64,000 bases of DNA, from the NCBI GenBank assembly GCA_963664015.2, contig CAXXLF010000001.1:640001-704000 (forward strand), read 5' to 3'. Below, piece by piece: positions 62,894 through 64,000 of this stretch. Both the position numbers and the translations under genes were made by a program. Each line of letters opens with the position of its first letter. The stretch's first letter is position 1. The notes below the pieces were generated by a model. The model searched no databases, was not told the origin of the DNA, and was given only the letters and a program-made list of their open reading frames with translations. The DNA comes from Candidatus Binatia bacterium. Lineage in GTDB: Bacteria; Desulfobacterota; Binatia; UBA9968; CAXXLF01.

Positions 62894-63112
62894 TGAAGCT
62901 TCCACGGGTTTAGACCCATGGCGTTTTTCCTAATCTTCGGCGGAATCCGCCGAGGCACACTCCTTGCTTACTTCGCCGAAGCGGCCGCCTTGGCCGCGAA
63001 GGCCGGACGCTCGTTGAGCTGCGGCCCGTCGCCCGAAGGCTTTGGGGCGGAGGGCCCGACCGTCACATTCATCCATGAGCTTACGCCCATAGTCTTCTGC
63101 GAAGACGGATAA
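62894..63112 (-). mobile_element. IS200/IS605-derived miniature element, long copy D with nested palindromes
   Basis: Same ends as copies A and B, with extra internal hairpins. Confidence 0.7.
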
Positions 63113-63449
63113 AGACTTAGATCCGACAAAACTTTGCGTCATCCTTGCGAGTGAATCCTACCTGCGACGGACTTCCTTTACAACCCTTCCAAGTTGAATT
63201 TTCCAAAGGGACTCGACCCCATTTGGGCCTCTCCCCCTATCGTTTTCGTGACGCGGAAGGTCCAATTAAGGAAAATCTCGGGTGCCACAGATCGCTAATA
63301 TGCCGCAAATCTGCATCCGGCGTGCCCCCAATCATCCCTACAAATCCATGAGATTTCAACAATTTCCCCATCCCGGGGCCATAATCCTCCATGGCATAGG
63401 GATTGCTTTTATAGATAAAGATTTGGTGAGCCAAAAAGAGGTAATGACT

Positions 63450-63749
63450 ATGGAAACAATAAATGAAGTCTTAGGCGGCGCAGCCGTGGCACCCTGGGAA
63501 ATTCTATTCTTCCTCGCAGCGGTCGGAATTTATACCTACTTGGGGCGCCGTAAATCGGCCCTGCAAGTCACTTTTATTTTTACCTTCTACTGAGGTTTCA
63601 AAAACCTCATGGCTTTTTTCACCGTGTCGGCCGCTGGATCCCAGTCCTTGGTTCTCCTGTACGTTGGGTGTGCCCTGGCCATATTCGGTTTGATGAGTGC
63701 CAATTATCTAATGCAGAAATCAAGTAACGTTCAGCCCGTAGAAGCTTAG
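63450..63749 (+). pseudogene. Small membrane protein interrupted by TGA at 63591
   Basis: GAGG RBS; hydrophobic frame continues FTFY*GFKNL...LYVGCALAIFGL to TAG 63749. Confidence 0.5.
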
Positions 63750-64000
63750 AGGCACCCTTGTTCGCCCCCGAATTCTTTCGATGGCTCACAAGTTTACCCA
63801 ACTCCTGCACTTTTCGGGGTTTTGTTATTGTCATCCCCCTTGATTGCTCATGGGGTTCCCAACCCCGACTCGACGGCAACTTACAGTTTATAACCAAATC
63901 CCACGCAGTAAATCCTTGCGCCAGGCAATATCTGCCTCTTGCTCCACCCCTTTCGTTCTGACCCCGTCGGCTATACCAAGAATGCCGCTTCCTTGTACTG

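Noticed and set aside
63591-63593. Selenocysteine readthrough in the small membrane gene
   Set aside because: No redox motif or clear SECIS hairpin; the FY*GF context suggests a Trp TGG to TGA nonsense change.

Overview
A ~55% GC bacterial chromosome segment. The gene content resembles Deltaproteobacteria/Binatota, which is an inference. Housekeeping genes (acnA, serS, rnhB, gatCA...gatB, argJ, secA, typA) are interleaved with catabolic and transport genes, including an itaconate/methylsuccinate-type CoA cluster. The main accessory region is a ~11 kb island (15116-26277). It sits between an intact tRNA-Ser(TGA) and a copy of that tRNA's 5' half, and carries a tyrosine-integrase remnant. Inside are one integron-type cassette, four related palindromic 11-6-11 bp sites (ACGCAATTAAA-N6-TTTAATTGCGT) at cargo junctions, and a duplicated island-end arm. 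Two of the four sites lie in ~110 bp inverted repeats around a 4 kb segment. These sites are my best candidate for an undescribed recombination/cassette system. Other notable items: a UxxC selenoprotein DsbA with a SECIS-like hairpin, SecA with a very long helical insert, a SenA/EgtB-like enzyme, an aioA/idrA-like pseudogene, a rearranged cobalt nitrile/thiocyanate hydrolase-like operon with cbtB, IS200/IS605-derived MITEs, and inverted heptamer repeat tracts. All calls come from reading the sequence and recalled family motifs; no database searches were run.
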